DNA of 43,343 nucleotides from an uncultured Clostridia bacterium (GTDB lineage Bacteria; Bacillota; Clostridia; TANB77; CAG-508): NCBI GenBank assembly GCA_947594985.1, contig CANQEK010000002.1, positions 1 to 43,343 of the forward strand, read 5' to 3'. Shown piece by piece: positions 21,632 to 30,237 of this stretch (position 1 is its first letter; each line of letters starts with the position of its first letter). The notes under the pieces were generated by a model. It saw only the letters and a program-made list of their open reading frames with translations, ran no database searches and was not told where the DNA came from. The position numbers and the translations under genes were made by a program.

Positions 21632-21672
21632 AACACAGGAAATATTGATAATCAATATTTCCTGTGTTTTTT
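21632..21672. terminator. Perfect 18-bp inverted repeat (hairpin) closing the accessory locus
   Basis: AACACAGGAAATATTGAT (21632-21649) / ATCAATATTTCCTGTGTT (21651-21668). The T-run (21667-21672) follows the stem on the plus strand. On the minus strand the stem is followed by A-rich sequence. Confidence 0.55.
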
Positions 21673-21716
21673 AATCAAACTGTAATAATAATTAAATCTT
21701 ATTTTTATATTTTAAT

Positions 21717-22529
21717 TTAAACACCTTCATCTCTAGGTTTTCCATATGCATCTAATTTCAAATTAAAGTTTATTGCACCTTTATCTTCTTTGATAGTTCC
21801 ATCTTGTATTTTTTGATAATATAACGCTGAATCACGTCCCCATTTTATATCTAATTCATCATCTTCTCCTGGCCATTTTACTTTTACAACAAAATATCCA
21901 TCATATTCTTCTAATATATCATCTCTTGGCGTAATTGTAGTATTTGTATCTTCTATTGTATCTGATGCTGGGTTAGGAGATATATTTGGTTCAACATCTG
22001 GATTAGTATTTGTATCTTCTTCAACTAAAAGCTCAGAATTTGCTTCTGTAGTACTTTCTATTTGTATAGTAAAAGGAATTCGTCCTTCTTCAACAAGATA
22101 ATCATAATTTGAATATATTCCTTCTACAACTGGCTCCCTTTTCATAATATAATATTCATTATCAACTAAAGGATTTTCTACAACTTGATAATTATTTCCA
22201 AATATATTTAAATCTGAAATAGTATAATTAATAAAAGCACTTGTTTCTCCTATATTTTTTATACCAACTATAATTTCTCTATCTTCCATTCCTGGGTAAA
22301 GTCCATCAAATCGTACATTTATAGGTTCATTAACCTCTTGCTTTACTCCGTCTAAATAAAATTCAATATTCCAAGAATTTATATGCAAGTTTACATATTC
22401 GTTTAAAATTCTACTATAAGTAAACCATGCTAAAGTAGTCATCATTAATAAGATTATTATTACTAATAATCTACTACTTTTAAATTTAAATTTATTTTTT
22501 CTTTTTCTATTAATTCTAAGAATATTCAT
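21717..22529 (-). CDS. TasA/camelysin-like secreted protein with SipW-cognate-type N-terminus (270 aa)
   Basis: Basic N-terminus, one TM, then TTLAWFTYS (compare TasA G-T-W-A-A-F). Has NSWNIEFYLDG and LYPGMED segments and a C-terminal W-x-G-x-D-D ... GAINFNLKLDAYG. Paralog of 24888..25574. RBS GGAGAG. Confidence 0.65.
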   Translation of the reverse strand: MNILRINRKRKNKFKFKSSRLLVIIILLMMTTLAWFTYSRILNEYVNLHINSWNIEFYLDGVKQEVNEPINVRFDGLYPGMEDREIIVGIKNIGETSAFINYTISDLNIFGNNYQVVENPLVDNEYYIMKREPVVEGIYSNYDYLVEEGRIPFTIQIESTTEANSELLVEEDTNTNPDVEPNISPNPASDTIEDTNTTITPRDDILEEYDGYFVVKVKWPGEDDELDIKWGRDSALYYQKIQDGTIKEDKGAINFNLKLDAYGKPRDEGV

Positions 22530-22617
22530 CTTAACTCTCCAAATACAATATTAGGAGGTAAAATTATAAGTATTTTTACCTCCCAAATATTTAAATTTTT
22601 AATTATATGTATTAATA

Positions 22618-23991
22618 TTATGGTGTTCCAGCACTAAGTGCAAGCTCTGCACCTGCTGTTTCACCTTTACATAAATTGATATCTACTTCGATACCACCAC
22701 CAAATGATGCCCAGTTTATACAGTCAACATCTTGTCCTTCAAGCCATACATAAATTCTCATTTTGCTTACAGAGTTTTGCTCAAGTTCTATCTTTCCACT
22801 TGCTTTATTAGCAGTTCTTAAATCACAAGCTGCTTTTGTTCCATCAGTATTATAGTCAGGTATAATTGTATCTGGAATTCCCATGTATTTATTATCATCA
22901 GAACCACCGTCAGCTATATCACCTGCTGTATTCTCTAAGTCAGCCCAATTATATATATCATCAATTGTTTTAGAACTTGCTACAGAATATTTACCATCTT
23001 TACCTGTAGGAGCAGTATAAGTTCCAGCAGCAGCTTTATATATACCAGCTGTCCTAAAAGTAGAATCTGCTTTCAATGCACCTTTAGTTATTCCACCATT
23101 ATCTGCATGAGTAGCTACTTTATTATTATTTTTTAATATATAATCTATATGAGTATTAGCATTAGGTTCCCAAATAGAAACATCTGTTAATTTTTTAGCA
23201 TCAGTATAATGTGCTAAAATTTGAGTTTTATCAGCTTGAGCTGCTAATTTTGTACCTTCTGCAGGTTTATTTTCATAAAGAGCAAAACCAACTCTAGCAC
23301 AGTTTTGTAAACCGTATTTATCACTTATATTATATGTTCTTTTTGTTAAATTTCTTGTAAATACATTTGTTGCTATATCTAACTGTCCATATTCACCGCT
23401 ACTATCAATTACTCCAAGTTTAGATCCTTTATTTAATTGTAATGTATCTTTAGAAGTTCCTGCACCTCTTGATGTATTTCTTAAAAACACATCAAATGCA
23501 ATAAATGAAGGATAATCTAAATTTTTAATTGCAACATCTGGATCTGTGCTTTCAGATGGTGTACCAAATTTTGACCAAGCTGTAGTATCTTCTTCACCAC
23601 CATATTTTGACTCATCACATAAAGCCATATTTGTGAATTTTACTCCATCAAGTTCACCTCTAATCATAGCTAAACCTTTTTCTGAATCATTAAATTCACC
23701 TACAGTTGAAACTGGTAATAATTCGCTTGGGTCTATATTATGATTCTGATCATAGCCATTAGTAATTATACTAAGTGTATCTAAATCAATTGAAGAACCC
23801 CAGTTTTCTGCATCTAGTGAAATTTCCAAACCTTCTGCAACCTCAACAACCCCTTTTAAGTTGTTAATTGATACATTTTTTTGCGTTGTAAACCACGCAT
23901 ATGTTGATGCAATCAACATAATAGCCGTAAAAGCTATTAATAGAATTAACGAATTTAATCGTTTTTTACTTTCTTTTGTTCTTTTTTCCAT
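22618..23991 (-). CDS. Large TasA-like secreted protein, candidate major subunit (457 aa)
   Basis: N-terminus KRLNSLILLIAFTAIMLIASTYAWFTTQKN. The body is rich in A/G/T/D, unlike the K/I/N/E-rich neighbours. C-terminal motif RIYVWLEGQDVDC...GGGIEVDINL. RBS AAGGGAGAAAC. Confidence 0.65.
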   Translation of the reverse strand: MEKRTKESKKRLNSLILLIAFTAIMLIASTYAWFTTQKNVSINNLKGVVEVAEGLEISLDAENWGSSIDLDTLSIITNGYDQNHNIDPSELLPVSTVGEFNDSEKGLAMIRGELDGVKFTNMALCDESKYGGEEDTTAWSKFGTPSESTDPDVAIKNLDYPSFIAFDVFLRNTSRGAGTSKDTLQLNKGSKLGVIDSSGEYGQLDIATNVFTRNLTKRTYNISDKYGLQNCARVGFALYENKPAEGTKLAAQADKTQILAHYTDAKKLTDVSIWEPNANTHIDYILKNNNKVATHADNGGITKGALKADSTFRTAGIYKAAAGTYTAPTGKDGKYSVASSKTIDDIYNWADLENTAGDIADGGSDDNKYMGIPDTIIPDYNTDGTKAACDLRTANKASGKIELEQNSVSKMRIYVWLEGQDVDCINWASFGGGIEVDINLCKGETAGAELALSAGTP

Positions 23992-24048
23992 GTTTCTCCC
24001 TTTCTTTAAAATATATTTTTAAAAATTTAAATAACAAATTAATAAATA

Positions 24049-24765
24049 CTATTCTTCATCTTGTTTAGGAATATGTTCCTCTGTCAAAGTCATATGCATT
24101 CTTATTTCTCCACCAATCAAATTATCTTTACATTCAGGATCATCTCCTTCAACCCATATTACAATAGTATATTTATCTAAATCGCCCACCTTAAAATTTT
24201 CATTTTTTTGTAGCATAACCATTGTATCTGATTCAAAAGGAACTGTTCCTTCTTCTGGTTCACCAGTAACATAATTAGGTTTTGCATAAATTACTCTTTC
24301 TTCGTCATTTTTATAAATCATAACTCTTATTGCTTCGTCTACATTTTTTACAACATCATCAATCTCTATTTTTGCCCAATAATTTATTGTATCTTGACCT
24401 TGATTTTCTGCATAAAATGTATATGCTATGTAATTTTGTCCATTATGTGAACCTTCTCCTTGATTGTGAATATCTTTAGGAATCCAATTAACTGATATAT
24501 CTGTAAAAAAATCTATATCTTTTGATCTTAGGAAAGTTCTTTCTAATTTCTTATCTAACTCTTCATATATAGTTAAGTTAAATTCTCTACCTTTTTCGCT
24601 ATCAAGTGTTACGGTAAAATTTTCACCTTTATATATGATAGCTAAAATAATATACAAATTAATTAAAAATAATACAAGAATTAATAATAATACTTTTAAA
24701 AATCTTGTCCTAGTTTTCTTTTTTACGACTTTTTTTGCAGATTCTTTGAGTTTTTCTTTTGGCAT
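24049..24765 (-). CDS. Membrane-anchored or secreted protein sharing the C-terminal W-x-EG-x-D-x-x-C motif (238 aa)
   Basis: I prefer the ATG at 24765 (RBS AGGTGG) over the track's GTG at 24774. One N-terminal TM. The C-terminus YTIVIWVEGDDPECKDNLIGGEIRMHMTL parallels that of the 457-aa protein. Confidence 0.6.
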   Translation of the reverse strand: MPKEKLKESAKKVVKKKTRTRFLKVLLLILVLFLINLYIILAIIYKGENFTVTLDSEKGREFNLTIYEELDKKLERTFLRSKDIDFFTDISVNWIPKDIHNQGEGSHNGQNYIAYTFYAENQGQDTINYWAKIEIDDVVKNVDEAIRVMIYKNDEERVIYAKPNYVTGEPEEGTVPFESDTMVMLQKNENFKVGDLDKYTIVIWVEGDDPECKDNLIGGEIRMHMTLTEEHIPKQDEE

Positions 24766-24887
24766 TATCACCACCTAGCTTCCTATAATTAAAGAATAAT
24801 CTTTTTTTATCTATTTAAATTATAGCTTCTGTCTAATTTATTGTCAATTACTTATATATTGCGTTTTAATTACATTTCTGTAACACA

Positions 24888-25574
24888 TTATTTAGCTGGA
24901 ACAGCTGTTACTTCAATAACAACTTCAAGTGCTCCAATTACTGTTTCTTCTTCTGAATCGTCTATTACAGTATTTGAATTCTCTTTATAATATGTATACG
25001 CTTTTTTTCCAAATTCTGTATCTAAATCGTCATTATCTGCTTCATACCTCCATAAAACGTCAAAATCAACTGTTCCAGTGTTTTCTTCGTTTTCCTCACC
25101 AGACATATTTGCAGCTAAATCTTTCTTATACCTTATAGAAACATCAAATGGATATTTTGTTTTATCTGTAAATAAATTTATTGTAGTTCCATTATCTTTT
25201 ATCTCAAGATTTTCTTCTAAATCTGGAAGAATCTCTTCTCCAAATAGTTTTACAGAAGTAACTTTTACAGATACTGTGGTAGCTCTGCTACCCATATTAT
25301 AAATTTTAAGTACTTCATGTAAATCCTTCATACCTGGGAAAAATTCGTCTACTGAAAAAGTAGCTGTTTCGTCTAATATCTCTTCATCATTAACAAAAAA
25401 TTCCACCCCCCAAGCATTAACAACTCCTATTAGGTCAGTCATTCCACCTTTTGCTTGCATTGCAGACCAAGCATAAGCACTTGATATTAGCATAATTAAA
25501 AATATTAAAATTAACCAAACTTTAACTCTAAGACTTCTCTTCTTGAGCTTTCTAATCTCTCGTAAAATATTCAT
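24888..25574 (-). CDS. TasA/camelysin-like secreted protein with SipW-cognate-type N-terminus (228 aa)
   Basis: N-terminus ...LIFLIMLISSAYAWSAMQ. Has NAWGVEFFVND and FFPGMKD segments. C-terminus FDVLWRYEADNDDLD ... GALEVVIEVTAVPAK. Paralog of 21717..22529. Confidence 0.65.
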   Translation of the reverse strand: MNILREIRKLKKRSLRVKVWLILIFLIMLISSAYAWSAMQAKGGMTDLIGVVNAWGVEFFVNDEEILDETATFSVDEFFPGMKDLHEVLKIYNMGSRATTVSVKVTSVKLFGEEILPDLEENLEIKDNGTTINLFTDKTKYPFDVSIRYKKDLAANMSGEENEENTGTVDFDVLWRYEADNDDLDTEFGKKAYTYYKENSNTVIDDSEEETVIGALEVVIEVTAVPAK

Positions 25575-25658
25575 AAACCTTATCCTATTTCCTCTTTTGA
25601 ATTATTGAATTATTTAATTTTTATTTTAATATTTAATTTATATCTTTTTGTTTATATC

Positions 25659-25746
25659 TTTTATTTATCTTTTATTTATTTTTTATTTGTTTTTTATTTG
25701 TTTTTTATTTGTTTTTTATTTATTTTTTATTTGTTTTTTATTTTTT
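25659..25746. repeat. 8 tandem copies of an 11-bp T-tract unit (TTTTATTTGTT)
   Basis: Units start at 25659, 25670, 25681, 25692, 25703, 25714, 25725 and 25736 with 0-2 substitutions. The array lies 85-172 bp upstream of the start at 25574. Confidence 0.9.
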
Positions 25747-25761
25747 TTATATATAAATATA

Positions 25762-26493
25762 TTATTCTTCTGAATTTTCATCTTGATTATCGAATTCATT
25801 AGAATCATTTTCATTGCTTTCATCAATATCATCATTTTCATCTTCAAAGTATTCTTCTTCTAAATTATCTTCTTCATCTTCATATTCTTCATATTCTTCA
25901 TTATTTGTTTCTAATTGTTTTACTTTATGTCTTGATTCAATGTTACGAGTAGAAGATTTAAAACTAAAAAATACATTAATTGCCAAAATAAATATAATAA
26001 TAAATGCTGAATATGTACTTGTAGCCAACACATATAAAGAAGTTAGTATTCTAGAAGTAAAAATAACAACACCTAAAACTTCATTTTCACTAATATCTGG
26101 GTCTTCCATTCCATTTAATAGACCTTTAGCAGTAATAGTTAAATTATTATTTTCATCATAATTTTTAGCTATTACCTCATGCATAATTAATTTACCATTT
26201 AGTTCTCCATCTTTTCCTCTATAAACAATTGCATCACCAATTTTAATGTCATCAGAAGGAATTTCTTTACAAATAACAACTTCTCCTATATCATATCTTG
26301 GAATCATACTACCAGAAATAACTCTAAAAATTCTATATCCGGCAATTGAACCATTGCTATCAGTAACTCTTTGCATTACTATAATACATATAAGTATTAC
26401 ACATAAAATAGTAAGTAAATTATACAGTATTCTAAAAAATACTTTTGCAATTTTTCTAAATATATTTAATTCTACAGTATTTTCACTTTTCAT
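25762..26493 (-). CDS. Signal peptidase I, archaeal/ER (SipW) type, with acidic C-terminal tail (243 aa)
   Basis: N-terminal TM, catalytic Ser box RVISGSMIPRY, GDAIVY, His box LIMHEVI, TAKGLLNGMEDP, a C-terminal TM, then a tail of about 50 aa rich in E/D/N. Confidence 0.8.
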   Translation of the reverse strand: MKSENTVELNIFRKIAKVFFRILYNLLTILCVILICIIVMQRVTDSNGSIAGYRIFRVISGSMIPRYDIGEVVICKEIPSDDIKIGDAIVYRGKDGELNGKLIMHEVIAKNYDENNNLTITAKGLLNGMEDPDISENEVLGVVIFTSRILTSLYVLATSTYSAFIIIFILAINVFFSFKSSTRNIESRHKVKQLETNNEEYEEYEDEEDNLEEEYFEDENDDIDESNENDSNEFDNQDENSEE

Positions 26494-26660
26494 ATTAACT
26501 CCAGTCCTTTATAGATTTATATTATAAATTTTATAAAGTTTTTAGTACAACATAATTTTTATTATGAATCATAAATACATTATAATTATAAAAATACTTT
26601 TTGTTCACCAAAAGAATTTTTTATAATATTTGCATAAGCCTTTCTAAAACTTTTTTATAC

Positions 26661-27306
26661 TTATTTATTATTTAAAGAAGAATCATTTTTTGATAATTCA
26701 TTATAATTTTCTCTATTTTTTTTAATTTCATATTTTTTTCTAGTTATTTTTCTCTTATTTTTTTTGTTATCATTTATACCAAATAATATAAATACAATTA
26801 TAATTAAAAGAAACACTTTTATAAGGCCATTTTCATTTTGTATATATTCAACAGCTCGTCCTATTTTTGGTATTCTAAATAAAAATTTTCCATAAATTTG
26901 TTCATGTTTTATATTAAAATCATCAGGAATTTGATTATTATCACCTTTTGTATGAAATATTCTCTCACCATTTATATTTTCAATATTTATTATCCTATGA
27001 GAAATAATTCTATTTTCATGTTTAAAGGTAATAATATCATTTTCTTTTAGATGATTATTATTGTATTCTTTTACAATAATAATATCATTTTCATACAAAG
27101 TTGGTCTCATGCTTCCGTGATACAATATTAAAAAAATACATACCCAATATTTTAGGATTTTTTTCACCTTTTAAATTGTAATATAATAAGATTGAATTTA
27201 TAAAAAATACAAAAATTAAAACTATAGAAATTATTCTTTTAATTATTTTATTTACAAATTTCTTCTTTTGTATTTTAGCCGATATTTTTTCTAAATCATA
27301 TTCCAA
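26661..27306 (-). pseudogene. Signal peptidase I, SipW type, split by a 1-nt frameshift just before the catalytic Ser box
   Basis: ORF 27091..27306 gives the N-terminal TM and ...KILGMYFFNIVS. ORF 26661..27167 gives GSMRPTLYENDIIIV, ISHRII, TKGDNNQIPDD, a C-terminal TM and a basic tail. Skipping about one base at 27117 (GTATCA[C]GGAAGCATG) yields the consensus NIVSGSMRPT. Confidence 0.8.
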
Positions 27307-27324
27307 TTCAATATACCGTCCTAT

Positions 27325-28989
27325 TTATCTTTTTAATATTTCTTTTGCGTTTATGATATATCGAACATCATCAATTAATATATTACTTTTTATTATATCA
27401 TTATATACTTTAATTATTTGAATGTCTTTCATTAATTCTTCCAAATTAGCTTCAGAAAAATTATCTTTTGTCAAAGTCATACCAAATAATTTATATTTAT
27501 CTTTAATCACAATAGAAATATCTTTCTTTTCAGCTATTATAATATGATTAATAACTGAAAAATAATTTAACCTTACAAATTTTTTAATTCGAGCAATCAT
27601 ATCATGTATTTCATTTTCTACAATAGTAGGAAATTTTTTAATAATACATCTTGCTAAAAAGCCATAATAATAACTTGCAATTCTTAACACTTCTAGTAAT
27701 GTAGTTGTATCCCCTATATTTTGTATAACAGATTCTTTTAATCTGCAATTATCGAATTTTGCATAAAGTTCTTTAACTTGCATAATTTTTTTATTTCTTT
27801 CAAGTATTTTTTCATCATTATTACTATCAATATCTTTTTGTTGTTTTTTCTTAAATAAGGAAAATTTAGTATTTTCAGATTTTCCAGATAAATTCAACTT
27901 TTCTATTTCTTCATTTAACTGTTTTATTTCTTCTTTTACTGTTTCATATTCTGATTTATTCTTATTTTTATTTTTCTTATCTTTGCTTTTATTCTTTTTT
28001 TCTTCTTCTTCTTTTTTTATCTCTGCTCTTTTTTCTTCTCTTAATTTTAAAATTTCATCAATTAAAAATTTGAATTCTAAATAATTATAATATTCAATTA
28101 AATTATAATGTAAATTTTCTACATTAGAATCCATATCTTTCTTTTCTTTTGGCAATAATTCGCTTACCGGTTTTGAAATAATTTTTTCATAAATTTTTTC
28201 ATAGTTATCTGTTTTATAATCACTAACATTATATGTATTATTAAGGAAACTATCTAATATATTCTTTCCATCTAAACTTATTAAAGAATTCATTTTTTTA
28301 ACTAATTCTTGTTTTTTGTTATATACTTCTTCATAAGTTAAATTTAAAGAAGCTAAAACTTTTTCTGTTCTATTTTTATAATACATATCAATCTCTTCTT
28401 CATGAATTCCAAAGAATTGCCTAATATTAACAATAATATGAGGAATAATATCAGAACATTTCCAATAAACTTTATCGAATGTACTTTTTATTCTTTCAGA
28501 TTCTAAATCACCTTTTGAAGCTTCTTCAAATAAAACATTCATATATTCTGTAACATATTCACTAATATTAAAATCTTTTTTTGTAATTGGTACTCCAACT
28601 TCTTTAAATTTTTTAATACATTTAATAATCTCTTTATTAATTGTTTTTAAATCTTTTTTATAATAGCCATTCAAATTATATACTATTTTATCAAGACCCA
28701 TTTTTTCAAAAGAACTAGGAACATTGGAACTTATACCTAAATTATCTAATTCTATTATTTGCTTTTTTACAGACTCAATTTCGCTATTTTCTTTAATAGT
28801 TATAATACTATCATATCTTTTGTTCATTTCTTTAACAACAGAATTATTAATTTTATCATATTTTTCGATTAGATTTTCAACTTTTTTCTTTATAGATCTT
28901 AATTGTTTTATTCCAGTTTTAGGTAAAACACCAATAACTTCTTTATCAATATTAATTTTTTTCTCTATTGATTTTAATAACATACTCAC
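27325..28989 (-). CDS. Hypothetical soluble coiled-coil protein (554 aa)
   Basis: Long ORF with no TM and a central K/E/N-rich low-complexity stretch (KKEEEEKKNKSKDKKNKNKNKSEYE). The GTG start overlaps the stop of the small upstream ORF (GTGA). Confidence 0.6.
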   Translation of the reverse strand: MSMLLKSIEKKINIDKEVIGVLPKTGIKQLRSIKKKVENLIEKYDKINNSVVKEMNKRYDSIITIKENSEIESVKKQIIELDNLGISSNVPSSFEKMGLDKIVYNLNGYYKKDLKTINKEIIKCIKKFKEVGVPITKKDFNISEYVTEYMNVLFEEASKGDLESERIKSTFDKVYWKCSDIIPHIIVNIRQFFGIHEEEIDMYYKNRTEKVLASLNLTYEEVYNKKQELVKKMNSLISLDGKNILDSFLNNTYNVSDYKTDNYEKIYEKIISKPVSELLPKEKKDMDSNVENLHYNLIEYYNYLEFKFLIDEILKLREEKRAEIKKEEEEKKNKSKDKKNKNKNKSEYETVKEEIKQLNEEIEKLNLSGKSENTKFSLFKKKQQKDIDSNNDEKILERNKKIMQVKELYAKFDNCRLKESVIQNIGDTTTLLEVLRIASYYYGFLARCIIKKFPTIVENEIHDMIARIKKFVRLNYFSVINHIIIAEKKDISIVIKDKYKLFGMTLTKDNFSEANLEELMKDIQIIKVYNDIIKSNILIDDVRYIINAKEILKR

Positions 28990-29126
28990 GAACGTTCTTC
29001 CTCCATTTTTTCAATATTTTCATACTCACTTTTTAGATAATTTAGAAAATCATTAACTACCTTTTGAATTTCAATTAATTCGTCATTTTCTACATCTGAT
29101 AATTTTATGTTGTTTTTTCCTTCCAA
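28986..29126 (-). CDS. Possible small acidic protein (46 aa, TTG start)
   Basis: TTG at 29126 follows AAAAGGAGGGA with about 7-nt spacing. Translation is (M)EGKNNIKLSDVENDELIEIQKVVNDFLNYLKSEYENIEKMEEERS. Its TGA overlaps the GTG of the 554-aa gene. Confidence 0.35.
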   Translation of the reverse strand: MEGKNNIKLSDVENDELIEIQKVVNDFLNYLKSEYENIEKMEEERS

Positions 29127-29143
29127 AAAAATCCCTCCTTTTG

Positions 29144-29824
29144 TTATAATTTTTGTGAAAATGTTAAACTAGCAGTATATTCAAGTAAAGTATTAGTATC
29201 TTCATCTATTACTTTACCTCTATAATCTGTATCTTGAGCATTATTCATTGTTGCTGTATCAGCATCATTCCATCTAAAATAAGCTCTTATAATTTGTACT
29301 TTTTCTTCATCTGTTTTATCTATAGGATTAAATTCCTCAGTTAATTTCATAGGAGCAACAGTATCTTTATCTTTATTAATAGTAATTGGTTTTATTTCTG
29401 ATTCAAGTTCATCACCTTTTTTTCTTATTGTATATCCATATAATTCAAAATCTGTTAGCATAGGTGAATTTTTTTGTGTAACTTCAAATTCAGTAATAAA
29501 TGGAACATCAACTTCTGTAAAATCAATTTCTATTTCAAAATATCCTTCTCTTCCAGGAACTAAAATTTCACCAACTCCTACTAGTTCTTTTCTTGTATTT
29601 TCATCTTCAAGTAGTATAGGAGTAATAACATCTTCAAGTCTTGTTTGATCATAAATATCTTTTTCATTAACTTTCAAATTCCATCTTTTTATACTACCAA
29701 ATTGATAATTTGCATTCATTGCATCATAATATTTAGCATAAGTGCTACTTATACAAGAAATTGTAATTAATATAGATATTATAAATAATACCCATAAAAT
29801 TTTCAACTTTTTTTCAGACTTCAT
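29144..29824 (-). CDS. TasA/camelysin-like secreted protein, second subfamily (226 aa)
   Basis: I prefer the ATG at 29824 (RBS AAAGGAAAA) over the track start at 29863. N-terminus KKLKILWVLFIISILITISCISSTYAKYYD. Has VPGREGYFEIEIDF and a C-terminus YFRWNDADT...YTASLTFSQKL. Paralog of 36033..36767. Confidence 0.65.
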   Translation of the reverse strand: MKSEKKLKILWVLFIISILITISCISSTYAKYYDAMNANYQFGSIKRWNLKVNEKDIYDQTRLEDVITPILLEDENTRKELVGVGEILVPGREGYFEIEIDFTEVDVPFITEFEVTQKNSPMLTDFELYGYTIRKKGDELESEIKPITINKDKDTVAPMKLTEEFNPIDKTDEEKVQIIRAYFRWNDADTATMNNAQDTDYRGKVIDEDTNTLLEYTASLTFSQKL

Positions 29825-29942
29825 GTAAGTTTTCCTTTCAAAGATTTTAAAATGTAACCACAAATAACCTCAAAAACAACTTTTCGCTATATTTTCGGCT
29901 ATTTTTCACTATTTTTAAAGCTATTTCTAGCTACTTTTCAAT

Positions 29943-30237
29943 CTACTTTTCGCTACTTCTAAATTTATTTCTAGCATTTTTCAATTAATATAGAACTTTT
30001 TTTCGCTACTTTTAACTATTTTTGTCTACTTTTCGCTACTTCTAACTACTTTTTAGTCCACTTTTCACTACTTATAAATTTATTTGTAATAATTTTAATT
30101 AATTTAAAGCTACTTTTCGCTACTTCTAAATTTATTTCTAGCAATTTTCAATTAATATAGAACTTTTTTTCGCTACTTTTAACTGTTTCTGTCTACTTTT
30201 CGCTACTTCTAACTACTTTTTAGTCCACTTTTCGCTA
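29943..30237. repeat. Two 128-bp direct repeats (29943-30070 and 30110-30237, 4 mismatches) built from a reiterated CTACTTTTCGCTA motif
   Basis: Direct alignment of the two copies. Eight exact TTTTCGCTA copies and several variants lie between 29881 and 30238. On the minus strand the motif reads TAGCGAAAAGTAG, and TAG stops block all frames. Confidence 0.9.

Noticed and set aside
25605-25802. A 65-aa plus-strand ORF (FIYFLFVFYLFFICFLFIFYLFF...).
   Set aside because: It is simply the translation of the 11-bp T-tract tandem repeat. It sits in an intergenic region and has no RBS.
29943-30237. Possible CRISPR array, because of the regularly spaced direct repeats.
   Set aside because: There are only two long (128-bp) units separated by 39 bp that itself resembles the repeat. 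The short motif spacings (30-53 bp) contain no unique spacers, and there are no cas genes or leader. This is not CRISPR architecture.
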